In this document: piece after piece, positions 49,164-61,085 of the stretch | How positions within the stretch are numbered: the first letter of the stretch is position 1 | Layout of the letters: each line of letters opens with the position of its first letter | Origin: Candidatus Binataceae bacterium | GTDB lineage: Bacteria; Desulfobacterota; Binatia; Binatales; Binataceae | NCBI GenBank assembly: GCA_963789715.1 | Contig: CAWBLQ010000006.1 | Location: 431,007 to 495,006, forward strand | Reading direction: 5' to 3' | DNA length: 64,000 nt | The notes under the pieces: model-generated | The model's database searches: none | What the model was told of the DNA's origin: nothing | The model's input: only the letters and a program-made list of their open reading frames with translations | Program-made: the position numbers and the translations under genes

Positions 49164-50591
49164 TTACGCGTCGTAGTAGAGCGCGAATTCGTACGGATGC
49201 GGCCGCAGACGAATCGCGCTTACTTCGTTCGCCATCTTGTAGTCGATCCAGGTCTCGATCAGGTCCTCGGTGAATACGTCGCCCTTGAGCAAGAACTCGT
49301 GATCCTTCTTCAGGTTGCTCAGCGACTCCTCGAGCGACGCGGGCATGCTCGGCACCTCGGCCAGCTCGGCGGGAGTGAGCGCGTAGATGTCCTTGTCGAG
49401 CGGCTGGCCGGGATCGAGCCGGCGCTGAATTCCGTCGATGCCCGCCATCAGCATCGCGGAGAACGCGAGATACGGATTGCAGGTCGGGTCGGGGAACCGC
49501 ACTTCGATTCGCTTGGCCTTCGGCGACGGCGAGTACATCGGGATGCGCACCGAGGCTGAGCGGTTACGTGAGGAGTACGCCAGGTTGATCGGCGCCTCGA
49601 AGCCCGGCACCAGCCGGCGATACGAGTTCGTACCAGGATTGGTGAAGGCCGCGATCGTCGGCGCGTGATGCAGGATGCCGGCGATGTAGTGCATCGCAAG
49701 TTCCGACATCCCGGCGTAGCCGTTGCCCGCGAATAGCGGCGTCTCGCCCTTCCAGATGCTCTGATGAGTGTGCATGCCGGTGCCGTTGTCGCCGAAAATG
49801 GGCTTGGGCATGAAGGTCGCGGTCATTCCATGGCGCACGGCCACGTTCTTGACGATGTATTTGTACCAGGTCAGCCAGTCGGCCATTTTGGTCAGCGTCT
49901 GGAAGCGCATGTCGATTTCAGCCTGGCCCGCAGTCGCGACTTCGTGATGCTGCTTCTCGACGCGGATTCCCACCCGCTCCATCTCGAGCACCATCTCGGT
50001 GCGGATGTCCTGCAGGGTGTCGACCGGCGGGACCGGGAAGTAGCCGGCTTTGTTCTTGACCTTGAAGCCGAGGTTGGCGCCGTCCTTGACCCCGCCCTCG
50101 CGCCCGCTGTTCCAGTTACCTTCGTTCGAATCGATGTAGTAGTAGCTCGAGTTCTGCGTCGTGTCGTAGCGCAGCGAGTCGAAGATGAAAAATTCCGGCT
50201 CGGGGCCGAAGAACGACGCGTCGCCGATGCCGGTGGTCTTCAGGTAGGCCTCGGCCTTGCGCGAGATATTGCGCGGGTCGCGCGTGTAGTCGGCGCGAGT
50301 GATGGGATCGGAGATGTTGGCGATGATACTCAGTGTTGGATCCTTGGTGAAAGGATCCATCACAGCCGTATCCGGATCGGGAATCACCAGCATGTCGCTG
50401 TTGTCGATGGCCTGCCAGCCGCGAATCGACGAACCGTCGAAGCCCAGCCCTTCATCGAACGGAGCTTCATCCTTGAACTCGGAGATCGGGGCAGTAAAGT
50501 GCTGCCACGTGCCGAGCAGGTCGATGAATTTCACATCGACCATCACCACACCCTTGTCTTTGATCATCTGAAGAACTTGTTTAGGCGTCAT
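49164..50591 (-). CDS. glnA: Glutamine synthetase type I
   Basis: 475 aa with canonical GSI motifs (…[10 protein letters not shown]…, …[16 protein letters not shown]…, adenylylation-loop region). Confidence 0.95.
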   Translation of the reverse strand: MTPKQVLQMIKDKGVVMVDVKFIDLLGTWQHFTAPISEFKDEAPFDEGLGFDGSSIRGWQAIDNSDMLVIPDPDTAVMDPFTKDPTLSIIANISDPITRADYTRDPRNISRKAEAYLKTTGIGDASFFGPEPEFFIFDSLRYDTTQNSSYYYIDSNEGNWNSGREGGVKDGANLGFKVKNKAGYFPVPPVDTLQDIRTEMVLEMERVGIRVEKQHHEVATAGQAEIDMRFQTLTKMADWLTWYKYIVKNVAVRHGMTATFMPKPIFGDNGTGMHTHQSIWKGETPLFAGNGYAGMSELAMHYIAGILHHAPTIAAFTNPGTNSYRRLVPGFEAPINLAYSSRNRSASVRIPMYSPSPKAKRIEVRFPDPTCNPYLAFSAMLMAGIDGIQRRLDPGQPLDKDIYALTPAELAEVPSMPASLEESLSNLKKDHEFLLKGDVFTEDLIETWIDYKMANEVSAIRLRPHPYEFALYYDA

Positions 50592-50800
50592 CGTAGCCGT
50601 AACCCTCCTGGCCGCTTAGCGGGGCGGCAGATTTGTGCTTGTTAATCGATCGATCTCTGAAAGTGGTTTTCTGTCACGAAGGCTATCATAACGCAACGAC
50701 CATCGAACGGGCATTTGACGTAAATTCAAACAGCACCGCATGCTCAATGACATGCGCCCAGGCCAAGGATCCCGTGCATTGTGCAACATTTTCTCCCCAA

Positions 50801-51814
50801 TCAGCTCACCAATTTGATTACAGCAAAATAAATGCCTAGCATGATCAGCCCCATAGGCACACCAATCTTCGCCCACGCGGCGCTGCCGATTCTGAGCGCC
50901 CCCGCGCTCACGATGTTCGGGATGTTGCCCGGTATCAGCATCCCGCCTGAGACCAGCAGCGCCAGGATTGCCTCGCGCGCGCGCGGCTGGGTCATGTTGT
51001 GGACTTCGAGCGCAACGAGGGTCGCGTTGTCGAGCGCGGCCGACACGGTGTTGGCCCAGAACAGAAGATCGTTGCTCATCTTGCTGACGTACTCGTTCGC
51101 AATCGGGCCGTAAGCGCTGCTGATCAACACCAGTCCGGTGATGAACGCGAACACCTTGGCCGCCTGAACGAAAATAGCCGTGTAAGATTGGCGGACATGC
51201 GCGCCCGCCGGCGCTTCTTCGTATTCGCCGCGTGCGAATGCGCCCGCAACTATCGAACTCGCCAGCACGCCAGGAAAGACCCACGGCCCCAGCAACTGGA
51301 ACAACCCGAAGAAGCCCAGGTTGAGCGCTCGCTCGGCCAGCGTCGAGAGCGGCTCGCCCAGCGGCGTCAGCGACGCGCCCAAGCCAATCGCGAAGCAGCC
51401 CGCAACCGTCACGCGCACGCGTTTCTCGCCCGCGAAATGAAGCAGGCCGATCACCTCGATCAGCACCAGCGCGCCGACGATGGCCGTGATGAGGCTCGAG
51501 ATGGAGGCGATCACGAAAATGCTCGCGCCGGTCAGTACGGGTCGCGACACTCGCCGGCGCAGGCGCCTGAAGACCCTGTCGAGCCCGGGCCGCGCCCATC
51601 CGAACAGCAGCGCGGCAACTATCACCGCGACGCTGATGGCGAGCGGCTCGTGCAACGCCTCTGAAATCAACTCGCGCGTGAAGCCGGAACCGAGCAGGGT
51701 CGCAAGCAGGCCGAGCGCGAGGCAATACAGCTCGAGATTGTGCTCGATCGTCGCGATCGCGAGCGGCCCGAACAGCAGCAGGACGAGGATTACGAGGGCG
51801 GACGCGTGGTTCAT
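50801..51814 (-). CDS. Polytopic membrane protein, possibly DUF1646-type putative cation transporter
   Basis: 337 aa, about 10 TM, with small/Gly-rich helices. The family name is from memory and tentative. Confidence 0.45.
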   Translation of the reverse strand: MNHASALVILVLLLFGPLAIATIEHNLELYCLALGLLATLLGSGFTRELISEALHEPLAISVAVIVAALLFGWARPGLDRVFRRLRRRVSRPVLTGASIFVIASISSLITAIVGALVLIEVIGLLHFAGEKRVRVTVAGCFAIGLGASLTPLGEPLSTLAERALNLGFFGLFQLLGPWVFPGVLASSIVAGAFARGEYEEAPAGAHVRQSYTAIFVQAAKVFAFITGLVLISSAYGPIANEYVSKMSNDLLFWANTVSAALDNATLVALEVHNMTQPRAREAILALLVSGGMLIPGNIPNIVSAGALRIGSAAWAKIGVPMGLIMLGIYFAVIKLVS

Positions 51815-51953
51815 GAGGTGCGCGCGAAACTACTATCACGCATCGATCACGCGCGCATCCATCGCTGCGTCCCGCTCAAAAAGAAGCGGCGGGTCCGCTT
51901 GCGTCGGACCCGCCGCCTCGGCGCGTCACTGCGCCTCTGACTCGTTTCCTCCC

Positions 51954-53432
51954 CTAGAAGGCGTAAATCAAGTTAGCGGCCAAGGTATCCTGGCCGTGCC
52001 ATAGATGCTGCGCTCCGGTCGCCGGGTCCACGAAATTGTTGTTCGTGAACGAGTTCTGACTCGAATTGTCATGCCGATATTCCAGACGTGCGATCAGCCC
52101 CGTCACTTCCGGCACCTTGTAGCTGATTGTTTGCGTGATCTCCCACAGCGTCTGCGTCTCGCCGTTGGTGCGCGCCCCGTCCATGTCGTCGAAGAACTCA
52201 GCGCGGGTCGCCGCCTCAAATGCCGGGGTGAAATCATACACCACGTACCCCGCCGCGCCCTGCCACGTCGCGCTGTGACCGTCGGCCGTCACAGGACCGC
52301 TCTGGGACGCGTAAAGGTATTCGGCCTGGAGCGTCAGGTTGGGTACGAACGACGGCTTCCACGTCGCGATCGGATCGATCGCCCCCAGATTCATGTTGGA
52401 CTTCGTTTTGCCGGGCGGGACACTGACCGAGTTCGAGGGCTGAACATTCGGTCCCCAGATACCGTTGACTATGAGGCTCAGCGACTTGTCCTTGTTGTTG
52501 AGCGTTAGCTCACCCTCATAGTTCGGACCGCCGTTTGAGGTAGCCCCGGGATCATCCCAGCCGTTGTTCAGACCGGCCGTGGCCGCGACATAGTCGTTGA
52601 ACGTGTAGCTGGCGCGGACGCCGGTATGAGCGATCGGTTCGCCCAGGGTATAGAGCAGGCCGCGGCTCTCGTTGTAATTCTGGTTGTTGTAAACCGGAAC
52701 AATCTCGGCGCCCAGCAGAGTCACAAAACGACCCGCCTCAAGACTCACGCCCGAACCGAGCGGCGCCGTATAGGTCAGGTAGTACTGGGTCGGATCGATC
52801 CACTGTCCGCCGACGTGCGCCACGTTCGAATAGTTCGTAACCGAAGAAATCGAGTTGGCGACCTGTCCGACGTTGATGTCGGTCACGAATCCAACGGTGC
52901 CGTCGCGCTCGATATGCAGGTTGCCCTGCGTGAGCGAAAATCCGTCCACGTCCCATTCGCGGAACGTATTGACGTTGCCGTTGGGCTGATTGAAGTTGTG
53001 CTCGTAGCCCGCATCAACCAGCGCGTGGACGCTGATGCCAAGGTTGTCAGACAGATTTTTCTGGATGGCGGCGATGTTGGTCTCGGCCAGGCCGACGTGC
53101 TGGCCGATGGTGGTCGGCGACGCGGAAGCCGCCGGCTGTGCGATGACCATCGCTGCCTCTATCTTCTTAACTTCGCTGGTCGTGTCGTCGGTCTGCCTCT
53201 GCAGATTGCTCACCTGGCCAGACAGCGCGTTGAGCCGCTGATCCTCGCTGGGGCCGGTGGCGACGGTGGTTGTGGTCGTGGTGACCATGTGATGGTGATG
53301 TCTCTTGGTCGTGGTGGTCGTTGTCGTTGGATCTGCCGCCCAGGCATTCGCACTACACAGCAATCCAACAACTGCGACGCCGGCAATCAGGTGAATCCAG
53401 GCAACGCCCCGGGTCGTTCTCCTTCTGTTCAC
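51954..53432 (-). CDS. Outer-membrane beta-barrel (porin-like) protein with N-terminal coiled coil and poly-Thr/His4 linker
   Basis: GTG start preceded by GGAGGGAGGAG. Signal peptide (…SANAWA). Alternating beta-strand pattern ending in the C-terminal aromatic YAF. Contains TTTTTTTKRHHHHMVTTTTTT. Confidence 0.55.
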   Translation of the reverse strand: MNRRRTTRGVAWIHLIAGVAVVGLLCSANAWAADPTTTTTTTKRHHHHMVTTTTTTVATGPSEDQRLNALSGQVSNLQRQTDDTTSEVKKIEAAMVIAQPAASASPTTIGQHVGLAETNIAAIQKNLSDNLGISVHALVDAGYEHNFNQPNGNVNTFREWDVDGFSLTQGNLHIERDGTVGFVTDINVGQVANSISSVTNYSNVAHVGGQWIDPTQYYLTYTAPLGSGVSLEAGRFVTLLGAEIVPVYNNQNYNESRGLLYTLGEPIAHTGVRASYTFNDYVAATAGLNNGWDDPGATSNGGPNYEGELTLNNKDKSLSLIVNGIWGPNVQPSNSVSVPPGKTKSNMNLGAIDPIATWKPSFVPNLTLQAEYLYASQSGPVTADGHSATWQGAAGYVVYDFTPAFEAATRAEFFDDMDGARTNGETQTLWEITQTISYKVPEVTGLIARLEYRHDNSSQNSFTNNNFVDPATGAQHLWHGQDTLAANLIYAF

Positions 53433-53730
53433 GATCTCCTCCCTCCGAGATGCGCGGCCCTTAGCCGCGGCTTCCTGCGCCCACACGTAGCGGGCTACGG
53501 TGATGAACCGGCTGGCTTGGTTACAAGATTCATACCGGTGTAATAATGGAGCGACGCCGAAAAACCTTTGTATCAACGAGGAATTTCGACCAAGCGTAGC
53601 AATTGGTGATGCCCGTATATGATGCATTTGCCGGGTCATTAATCAGTTTCAGCGACCTGTCGCAAGAGGATTGAGTATCTGCACGCTCGCAAAAATCGCG
53701 TAAACAGTTCAGTTTGAAGCGGGTTGAATC

Positions 53731-54897
53731 ATGGATTTTGAATTGACCGAGGCCCAGGACGAAATCGTCAGGCAGGTGCGCACGCTGTGCACCAACTTCC
53801 CGGACGAGTACTGGCGCGAGCATGATCGTCGCGCCGAATTTCCCCACGACTTCTTTGCCGCGGTCGCCGCCGCCGGTTACCTCGGCGTCGCGATTCCGGA
53901 GCGCTACGGCGGCAGCGGACTTGGAATCACCGAGGCTGCACTCGTGATGCGCGAAGTCGCCGCCTCGGGCGGAGCGATGGCCGCCGCCAGCGCGGTTCAT
54001 CTCTCGATCTTCGGCGTCAGCCCGCTGGTCTTCCACGGCAGCGAGGAGCAAAAGCTGCGCTATCTGCCGAAAGTGGTCAGTGGAGAAATGCACGTCGCGT
54101 TCGCCGTCACCGAGCCCGACGCCGGCAACGACATCACTCACATCAAGACCGCGGCCCGCCGCGACGGCGACAACTACATCATCAACGGCCGCAAAGTCTT
54201 CACCACCAAGGCGCGCGAGGCGAAGAGGATGCTGTTGCTCACGCGCACCACCGCCTTCGAGCAGGTCGGCAAGAAGACCGACGGCATGAGCCTGTTCTTC
54301 GCCGAGCTCGATCCTTCGGCGGTCGAAATTCGCGAGCTGGAAAAACTCGGCCGCGCTGCCGTCGATACCAACCTGCTGTTCATCGACAATTTGAAAGTGT
54401 CGGCATCGGATTTGATCGGCGGCGAAGGCCGCGGGTTTCATTGCCTGCTGGACGGATTGAATCCCGAGCGCATCCTGGTGGCCGCCGAAGCGATCGGAAT
54501 CGGCCGCGCCGCGGTTGCAAAAGCAGTCAGGTATGCGAAAGAGCGGGTCGTCTTCGGCCGTCCGATTGGACAGAACCAGGCTATCGCCCATCCGCTCGCC
54601 GATTCGTACTCCAAGCTGGAAGCGGCGGAACTCATGATGCTGAAGGCGGCGTGGCTGTTCGACAATCGCAAGCCTTGCGGCCCCGAGGCCAACACCGCAA
54701 AGCTGCGCGCCGCTGACGCTGCGTTCGAGGCCTGCGATCGCGCGGTGCAGACGCTCGGCGGATACGGCTACGTTCGCGACTACGACGTCGAGCGCTACTT
54801 CCGCGAATGCCGGCTGCTGAAGATCGCGCCGGTGTCGCAGGAGATGGTGCTGAACTCTATCGCCGAACATGTACTCGGCCTGCCGCGGTCGTACTAG
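53731..54897 (+). CDS. Acyl-CoA dehydrogenase
   Basis: 388 aa. ACAD fold with FAD-binding and catalytic-base region (…GGYGYVRDYDVERYFRECRLLKI…). Confidence 0.9.
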   Translation: MDFELTEAQDEIVRQVRTLCTNFPDEYWREHDRRAEFPHDFFAAVAAAGYLGVAIPERYGGSGLGITEAALVMREVAASGGAMAAASAVHLSIFGVSPLVFHGSEEQKLRYLPKVVSGEMHVAFAVTEPDAGNDITHIKTAARRDGDNYIINGRKVFTTKAREAKRMLLLTRTTAFEQVGKKTDGMSLFFAELDPSAVEIRELEKLGRAAVDTNLLFIDNLKVSASDLIGGEGRGFHCLLDGLNPERILVAAEAIGIGRAAVAKAVRYAKERVVFGRPIGQNQAIAHPLADSYSKLEAAELMMLKAAWLFDNRKPCGPEANTAKLRAADAAFEACDRAVQTLGGYGYVRDYDVERYFRECRLLKIAPVSQEMVLNSIAEHVLGLPRSY

Positions 54898-54911
54898 CCG
54901 GCGGTCCCCGC

Positions 54912-55265
54912 ATGCGTAAGGGCGCGATCATCGTTCTGGTCGGCGCGATGTGCTTCGCGGGCTATGTGTTCTACGCCCTGGTCGGCGCGGAACCGGTCAA
55001 GGTGTCAGAGACGCGCCTGGTGCGAAGCGGCGACCGGGTGCTGGTCGAAGGCGAGGTCCGCAATACCGGCGACGACACGGGTCCGCTGCAGGTCGAAGTG
55101 CGTTATTTCGATCGTGACGGGCACTCGATCGGCAAGGATGTGGTTTCGATGGACGGGCTGCGCCGCGGAGCCGCCGCGCATTTCAGGAGTTCACCGCGGG
55201 CGGACGACGGCGTCGCGGATTTTTCCATTTATCTCAATCATGGACGAAATCCCTATGGAAATTGA
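54912..55265 (+). CDS. Small membrane-anchored hypothetical protein (FxLYD-like C-terminus)
   Basis: N-terminal TM helix plus a soluble beta-rich domain ending in DFSIYLNHG. Start at MRKG. Confidence 0.4.
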   Translation: MRKGAIIVLVGAMCFAGYVFYALVGAEPVKVSETRLVRSGDRVLVEGEVRNTGDDTGPLQVEVRYFDRDGHSIGKDVVSMDGLRRGAAAHFRSSPRADDGVADFSIYLNHGRNPYGN

Positions 55266-55551
55266 AAAGGGGGACCAAGGATCGCATGAATAGAACTTAT
55301 TCGAAAAATAAGTCCGGTTTCGTCGAATATTCGCGAAAGTGAGGAAGTCTATACAGTTTGTAGGACGACCAATCCTAAAGCATATGGCGCTGTTGAAGGT
55401 GTCCCAACAAATTCACCGGCTGTACGTTTGCCTTTGAGTTGTTTTAGTGATACTAACTGTAAGTGTTGAATAACACCCTTTTTGGTGAGGTACGGTTTAG
55501 TTCGCCGGCCGCGCCAAATCGGGACCAAAAAAACCAAAGGGCGGAGGATCA

Positions 55552-55980
55552 ATGTCACGCATCAAGGAACGCAGCTTCGGGCAAGTCATTCGCGAGCGCA
55601 GACGGCAACTCGACCTCACCCAGGAGGAAGTAGCCCATCGCATCAAGACCTCGACGCCGTACGTCGGCCACCTGGAGTCGAGCAAGCGCCATCCTTCGGA
55701 TAAGATTCTGACCCGACTGGCGGAAGTGCTCGGACTCGATCGTCGCGAACTGTTTTTCCTCGCCAATCCTCGCGCGCAAGCGTTGCTGACTCCCGAGGTC
55801 GAGGCCGCGCAAGATTCGGCCTGGGATGATTTCAGGAAGAACGAGCAACTGCGGCGCGTTCACAACATCACGGGCGACGAGATGGAGATGCTGTCGCGAG
55901 TCGCGTTGCTCGGCGACGTGCGCTCAGCGCGCGACTTCATCTATATCCTGAATACCGTGCGCCACGCAGTCGGAAGATAG
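55552..55980 (+). CDS. XRE-family (Cro/C1-type HTH) transcriptional regulator
   Basis: N-terminal FGQVIRERRRQLDLTQEEVAHRIKTSTPYVGHLE is an HTH_XRE signature. Preceded by an AT-rich intergenic region. Confidence 0.75.
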   Translation: MSRIKERSFGQVIRERRRQLDLTQEEVAHRIKTSTPYVGHLESSKRHPSDKILTRLAEVLGLDRRELFFLANPRAQALLTPEVEAAQDSAWDDFRKNEQLRRVHNITGDEMEMLSRVALLGDVRSARDFIYILNTVRHAVGR

Positions 55981-56125
55981 AAGAGTATCCGCCGCGCCGG
56001 TTCGACGGCTGGCGAACTCCTTCAAGACGCGAGAGGCTTGCCTCCCGCGTCTTTTTTTGTTTTGCGCGCGCCAAAGTCGCCGGTCTGGTCAAGCTTACAT
56101 CGCGCAGCCTAAGCTCCACTGCATC

Positions 56126-57418
56126 ATGGGCGAGCCTGCACGTGCGCGCGACAGCACGCCTGGAATTTCCCGATGGCCGCAACGCTACACGGTCGTGGCG
56201 CTGTTCTTCCTCGGCACCGCGCTTTGCTACATCGACCGCATCAGCATCTCGGTCGCGATAATCCCGCTCGCGCGCCAGTTCGGTTACGACTCCGCCGCGC
56301 AGGGACTCGTGCTGTCGGCGGTGTTCTGGGGATACCTGTGGACGCAGCTGGTGGGTGGATGGATGGCCGATCGATTCGGCGGTCATCGCGTGCTCGCGGC
56401 CGGGGTCGCGATCTGGTCGCTGGCGACCTTCGTTACGCCATTGGCGGCTGCCACGGCATTTTCGGCGCTGCTCGCGGCTCGCGTGATGCTCGGGCTGGGC
56501 GAGGGCGTCAACTTCCCGTCAATTCACAGCCTGACCGCGCGCTGGACGTTGCCGTCGGAGCGCGCGCGCGTGTTGTCCGTGAACTACAGCGGCATGTACG
56601 TGGGAACGGTCGCAGCGCTGAGCGCGAGTCCGCTGATCATCAAGGCATTCGGATGGCCGGCGCTGTTCTATATTTCGGGCGCGCTCGGATTGGTCTGGGT
56701 CGCAGTCTGGATGTACGTGGCCGCCGACCGGCCTGAGACCTCGTCGCGCATCGGCGCCGCGGAACTCGAGTTGATCACGTCGCAGCGCTCGGCAGAGCCG
56801 CGCGCGGTGCGGGTGCCGTGGGCGGCGATCGCGCGCGAGCAAGCGGTCTGGGCGATCGTGGTCGCGCATTTCTGCAGCAACTTCGGATTCAACATCCTGC
56901 TGCTGTGGCTGCCGACCTACCTGCATCACACCTTCAGCGTGCCGCTGGAACGGGTAGGCGAGTTTTCGATCGTTCCATGGATTGCGACGTTCTTCGCGAT
57001 AAGTTTTTCGGGCTGGCTTGCTGACACCCTGATCGCGAGCGGCTTCGCTGTCGGCACGGTGCGAAAGTCGATGCAGAGCGCGGCGTTTGCGATCGGCGCG
57101 ATATCTTTGCTGGCGGTGCCCGCGGCGGCTTCGCCGGCGATGGCGGTGGCGCTGCTCACGGTGGCAGCCTCGTCCAACGGCATCGGCTCAGCGGCCTTCG
57201 GCGTGAATCATCTTGACGTAGCGCCGACCTACGCCGGAATCCTGATGGGAATCTCGAACACCTTTGCGACCATCCCCGGTATCATCGGCGTCGCCGCGAC
57301 AGGGCTGATCGTGCAGGCTACCAGGTCGTTCAGCGCGGTGTTTTATCTGATTGCGGCGGTCTATGGGCTTGGGTTCTTCTTCTACCTGCGCTGGGCCAGC
57401 GGCGAGCAGAGAATCTGA
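56126..57418 (+). CDS. MFS transporter (anion:cation symporter-like)
   Basis: 12-TM pattern with the MFS signature G-x-L-x-D-R-x-G-R-like motif (GGWMADRFGGHR). Confidence 0.8.
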   Translation: MGEPARARDSTPGISRWPQRYTVVALFFLGTALCYIDRISISVAIIPLARQFGYDSAAQGLVLSAVFWGYLWTQLVGGWMADRFGGHRVLAAGVAIWSLATFVTPLAAATAFSALLAARVMLGLGEGVNFPSIHSLTARWTLPSERARVLSVNYSGMYVGTVAALSASPLIIKAFGWPALFYISGALGLVWVAVWMYVAADRPETSSRIGAAELELITSQRSAEPRAVRVPWAAIAREQAVWAIVVAHFCSNFGFNILLLWLPTYLHHTFSVPLERVGEFSIVPWIATFFAISFSGWLADTLIASGFAVGTVRKSMQSAAFAIGAISLLAVPAAASPAMAVALLTVAASSNGIGSAAFGVNHLDVAPTYAGILMGISNTFATIPGIIGVAATGLIVQATRSFSAVFYLIAAVYGLGFFFYLRWASGEQRI

Positions 57419-57514
57419 GGTCTCGACGCCGCGCCGACGCGCTGCAGTTTTCCTGTGGCGCAGAGGCCGAGAGTCGGGATATACCGTGAGAACGACCGGG
57501 AGCGTGATCGATCG

Positions 57515-58771
57515 ATGAGCCAGCCAGGCAAACTCTCGCCCTACCGATGGATTATCGAAGTCCTGCTGCTACTGCTGCTGACAGCGCAGTCGTTCGCGTG
57601 GCTTGCGCCCGCGCCGATACTCCAGGAAATAAGGAACGGCCTCGGAATCTCGCTGAGTAGCGCGGGCCTGATCATTTCGATCATCGCGCTTTGTATCGGC
57701 ATCTTCTCGCTGCTGGGCGCGGTCGTCGCCGAGCGGATCGGGGCGCTGCGCGCGCTGGTGATCGGTATCTGGCTGATGGCGATCGGACAGCTGGCCAGCG
57801 GCTACGCGCCGAATTTCGCCGCGCTGCTCGCCTGCCGCGTGCTGGAGGGAGTCGGCTACGGGCTCGTGATCGCGCCGCCCGGCACGCTGGTGATGCAATG
57901 GTTCGGCGGCGGCGAATGGCCGTACATCAACATGGTCAACTTTTCCTTCGGCTACGTCGGACTCACAGCCGTGTTCCGCGCGACGCCGGCGCTGTTCGCC
58001 GCGGTCGGGTCGTGGCGGATGACGCTGATGTGGTACGGCGTCGGATCGGCGGGAGTCGCGCTATTGTGGACGCTCTTCGGCCGCGAGCATCGGACTGATA
58101 CCAGCGCGCCCACACCGAGTCCGATCGAAGCGCCCGCCGAGCGCGGGTCGGCGCTGATGGAAGTCGCGAAGATGCGCGACGTGCTCTTGATTGCGGCCGG
58201 GCTGTTCGGCGGGATGTGGGTCTTTCAGATTTACACCGCGTTCCTGCCCGAGTTCTTTCGCACTTACCGCGGCATGACGCTTGCGGAGGCGTCGTTGATG
58301 ACGCAGGTGCTGCCGTTCACCGGCCTGTTCGCGGCCCTGGGGGGCGGAATCGGCACCGGGATGTCGGGGCTCCGCAAGCCGTTCACGTGGCCGATCGCGT
58401 TCACCACGGTGGTCGGATGCGCCGGCGCGATTATGCTCCCCGATCCGATGTGGATCAGGCTGTCGCTGGTGCTGGTCGGAATCGGATCCGCAGGATCGCT
58501 CGCGGCGATCACCACCCTGCTGATGGAATTACCCGGCATGAATCCGACGCGCGTTGGCGCCGCCATGGGCTTCGTCTGGGCGATCGGTTACTTCGGCGCG
58601 TTCATCTCGCCGTTTCTGGGCGGCGCGCTCGCAGCGCGGATCGGACTGCGGACCGTGATGCTCGGCTTCCTGGTATTCCAGTTCCTGCCGATCGTGACGA
58701 TGTACTTCCTGCCCGAGACCGGGCCCGGCCGCGCGCGCTACGAAATCGCGGCCGCCTCAGCCGCGCCGTAA
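57515..58771 (+). CDS. MFS transporter
   Basis: About 12 TM. Start at MSQPGK. MFS-like loop motifs. Confidence 0.75.
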   Translation: MSQPGKLSPYRWIIEVLLLLLLTAQSFAWLAPAPILQEIRNGLGISLSSAGLIISIIALCIGIFSLLGAVVAERIGALRALVIGIWLMAIGQLASGYAPNFAALLACRVLEGVGYGLVIAPPGTLVMQWFGGGEWPYINMVNFSFGYVGLTAVFRATPALFAAVGSWRMTLMWYGVGSAGVALLWTLFGREHRTDTSAPTPSPIEAPAERGSALMEVAKMRDVLLIAAGLFGGMWVFQIYTAFLPEFFRTYRGMTLAEASLMTQVLPFTGLFAALGGGIGTGMSGLRKPFTWPIAFTTVVGCAGAIMLPDPMWIRLSLVLVGIGSAGSLAAITTLLMELPGMNPTRVGAAMGFVWAIGYFGAFISPFLGGALAARIGLRTVMLGFLVFQFLPIVTMYFLPETGPGRARYEIAAASAAP

Positions 58772-58787
58772 GCCTTTTTCTTCGCCG

Positions 58788-59627
<840 letters not shown>

Positions 59628-59770
59628 CGTTCCTTCCGGGCCGCGCGGAAAATCCTATCTTCACGTTGCCGGCGATTCCATCGCGGACAGGTTTGCCCTT
59701 TTTGCGATCATGAACCTAAGATGGCGACGGGGACCGACACAGACAAAACTCGCCGGCGTGGGGAGCATCG

Positions 59771-60589
59771 ATGGCGGTTATCGCGATCAGTCAGCAGATA
59801 GGCAGCAGGGGCATCGAGCTCGGCGAACTCGCCGCGCGCGAACTCGGTTATCGTTTCCAGACCGGTGAGCAACTGATCGCCGAGACAGCGAAGCGCTTCA
59901 ACGTGAGCGCCGAACAGATCAAATGGTTTGACGTGCACGCCCCCCACTTTTGGGAGCGGAAAACCGAGAGCAGCCGTTACGCGGCGTACTATCGCGCGGT
60001 TTTCCTGCAAGCGGCCGCCCAAGACCGGATCGTCGTCGCCGGACGCGGTTCTGCTCATTTTCTTCCCGAAGGTGGATGCGGCATCAGGGTGCGCACGATG
60101 GCTCCAGTGGCCGATCGCGTCAAACAGGTGGCGAAAGAGGAGCGGCTTGCGGCGACGGCGGCGGAAAAACGGGTCCGCGACTTCGACACTGAAGTGAAGG
60201 CGCGTACGCAGAGTTTGTTCGGACAGGATATAGATGACCCCGCGATTTACGACCTGGTTATCAACACCGCGCGCCTTGCGCTGGCGGCGCACGCCAACAC
60301 ACTTGCGGCGCTCGCGACTCGCATCGACAGTGAAGCCAGCGCGGGGCAAACGACGTGCATGCACGACGCCTCGATCGCAGCGCAGGTACACGCGGCGTTG
60401 GTAGCGCACCCCAAAATTCGCGACGCGCAGATGTCCGTCAATTGCTCGGCGGGATGCGTGCGCGTGAGCGGGCCGGGGCTGGTGCCGCCGTGGGACGATC
60501 TCGTAATCGGAGTCGCGCAAACGATCGAAGGGGTCGCCTCGGTCGAGGTCGGCGCCGAAGAAGATCCCATAACGCTGACTACCAGCTAG
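59771..60589 (+). CDS. Cytidylate-kinase-like (AAA_33-type) family protein with C-terminal BON-like domain
   Basis: N-terminal VIAISQQIGSRG P-loop-like segment typical of the 'cytidylate kinase-like' family. The C-terminal region resembles BON. Confidence 0.55.
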   Translation: MAVIAISQQIGSRGIELGELAARELGYRFQTGEQLIAETAKRFNVSAEQIKWFDVHAPHFWERKTESSRYAAYYRAVFLQAAAQDRIVVAGRGSAHFLPEGGCGIRVRTMAPVADRVKQVAKEERLAATAAEKRVRDFDTEVKARTQSLFGQDIDDPAIYDLVINTARLALAAHANTLAALATRIDSEASAGQTTCMHDASIAAQVHAALVAHPKIRDAQMSVNCSAGCVRVSGPGLVPPWDDLVIGVAQTIEGVASVEVGAEEDPITLTTS

Positions 60590-60597
60590 TCCGCCGG

Positions 60598-61059
60598 ATG
60601 CGCGCGCTCGTCATCTTTTTCGCCACCGGATTCTATTCCGGTTACTCTCCAGTTGCGCCCGGAACCGCGGGCTCGGTGGTCGGGCTGGCCGCAGTATGGC
60701 TCGTGTTCGGCCCGCTCTGGACGCATTCGCCGGCGCTATGTTTGACGGTGTTCGCGGTCGCATTTGCGATCTCGTGCTGGATTTCCGATCGCGCCGAGAA
60801 AATTTTCGATCAGCACGACGACTCACGCATAGTGATCGATGAAGTCCTCGGCATGGCCGCGACGATGTTCAGCAATCCCCTCACGTTCGGCTGGCTGATG
60901 CTGGGATTTCTGCTATTTCGAATCGCCGACGTGATTAAACCGTGGCCGGCGAACCTGATCGACCGCCGCATGCGCAACGGCGCGGGCGTCATGCTGGATG
61001 ATTTGGCTGCGGCGATCTATGCGAATATTGTGCTGCAGGTGATCGTGCGCGTGCTCTGA
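60598..61059 (+). CDS. pgpA: Phosphatidylglycerophosphatase A
   Basis: 153 aa. FFATGFYSGYSPVAPGTAGS…IDEV… PgpA signature. Start at MRALVIFF. Confidence 0.8.
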   Translation: MRALVIFFATGFYSGYSPVAPGTAGSVVGLAAVWLVFGPLWTHSPALCLTVFAVAFAISCWISDRAEKIFDQHDDSRIVIDEVLGMAATMFSNPLTFGWLMLGFLLFRIADVIKPWPANLIDRRMRNGAGVMLDDLAAAIYANIVLQVIVRVL

Positions 61060-61085
61060 ACCCGCGCGCCAGCAAGGAGTTCCCG

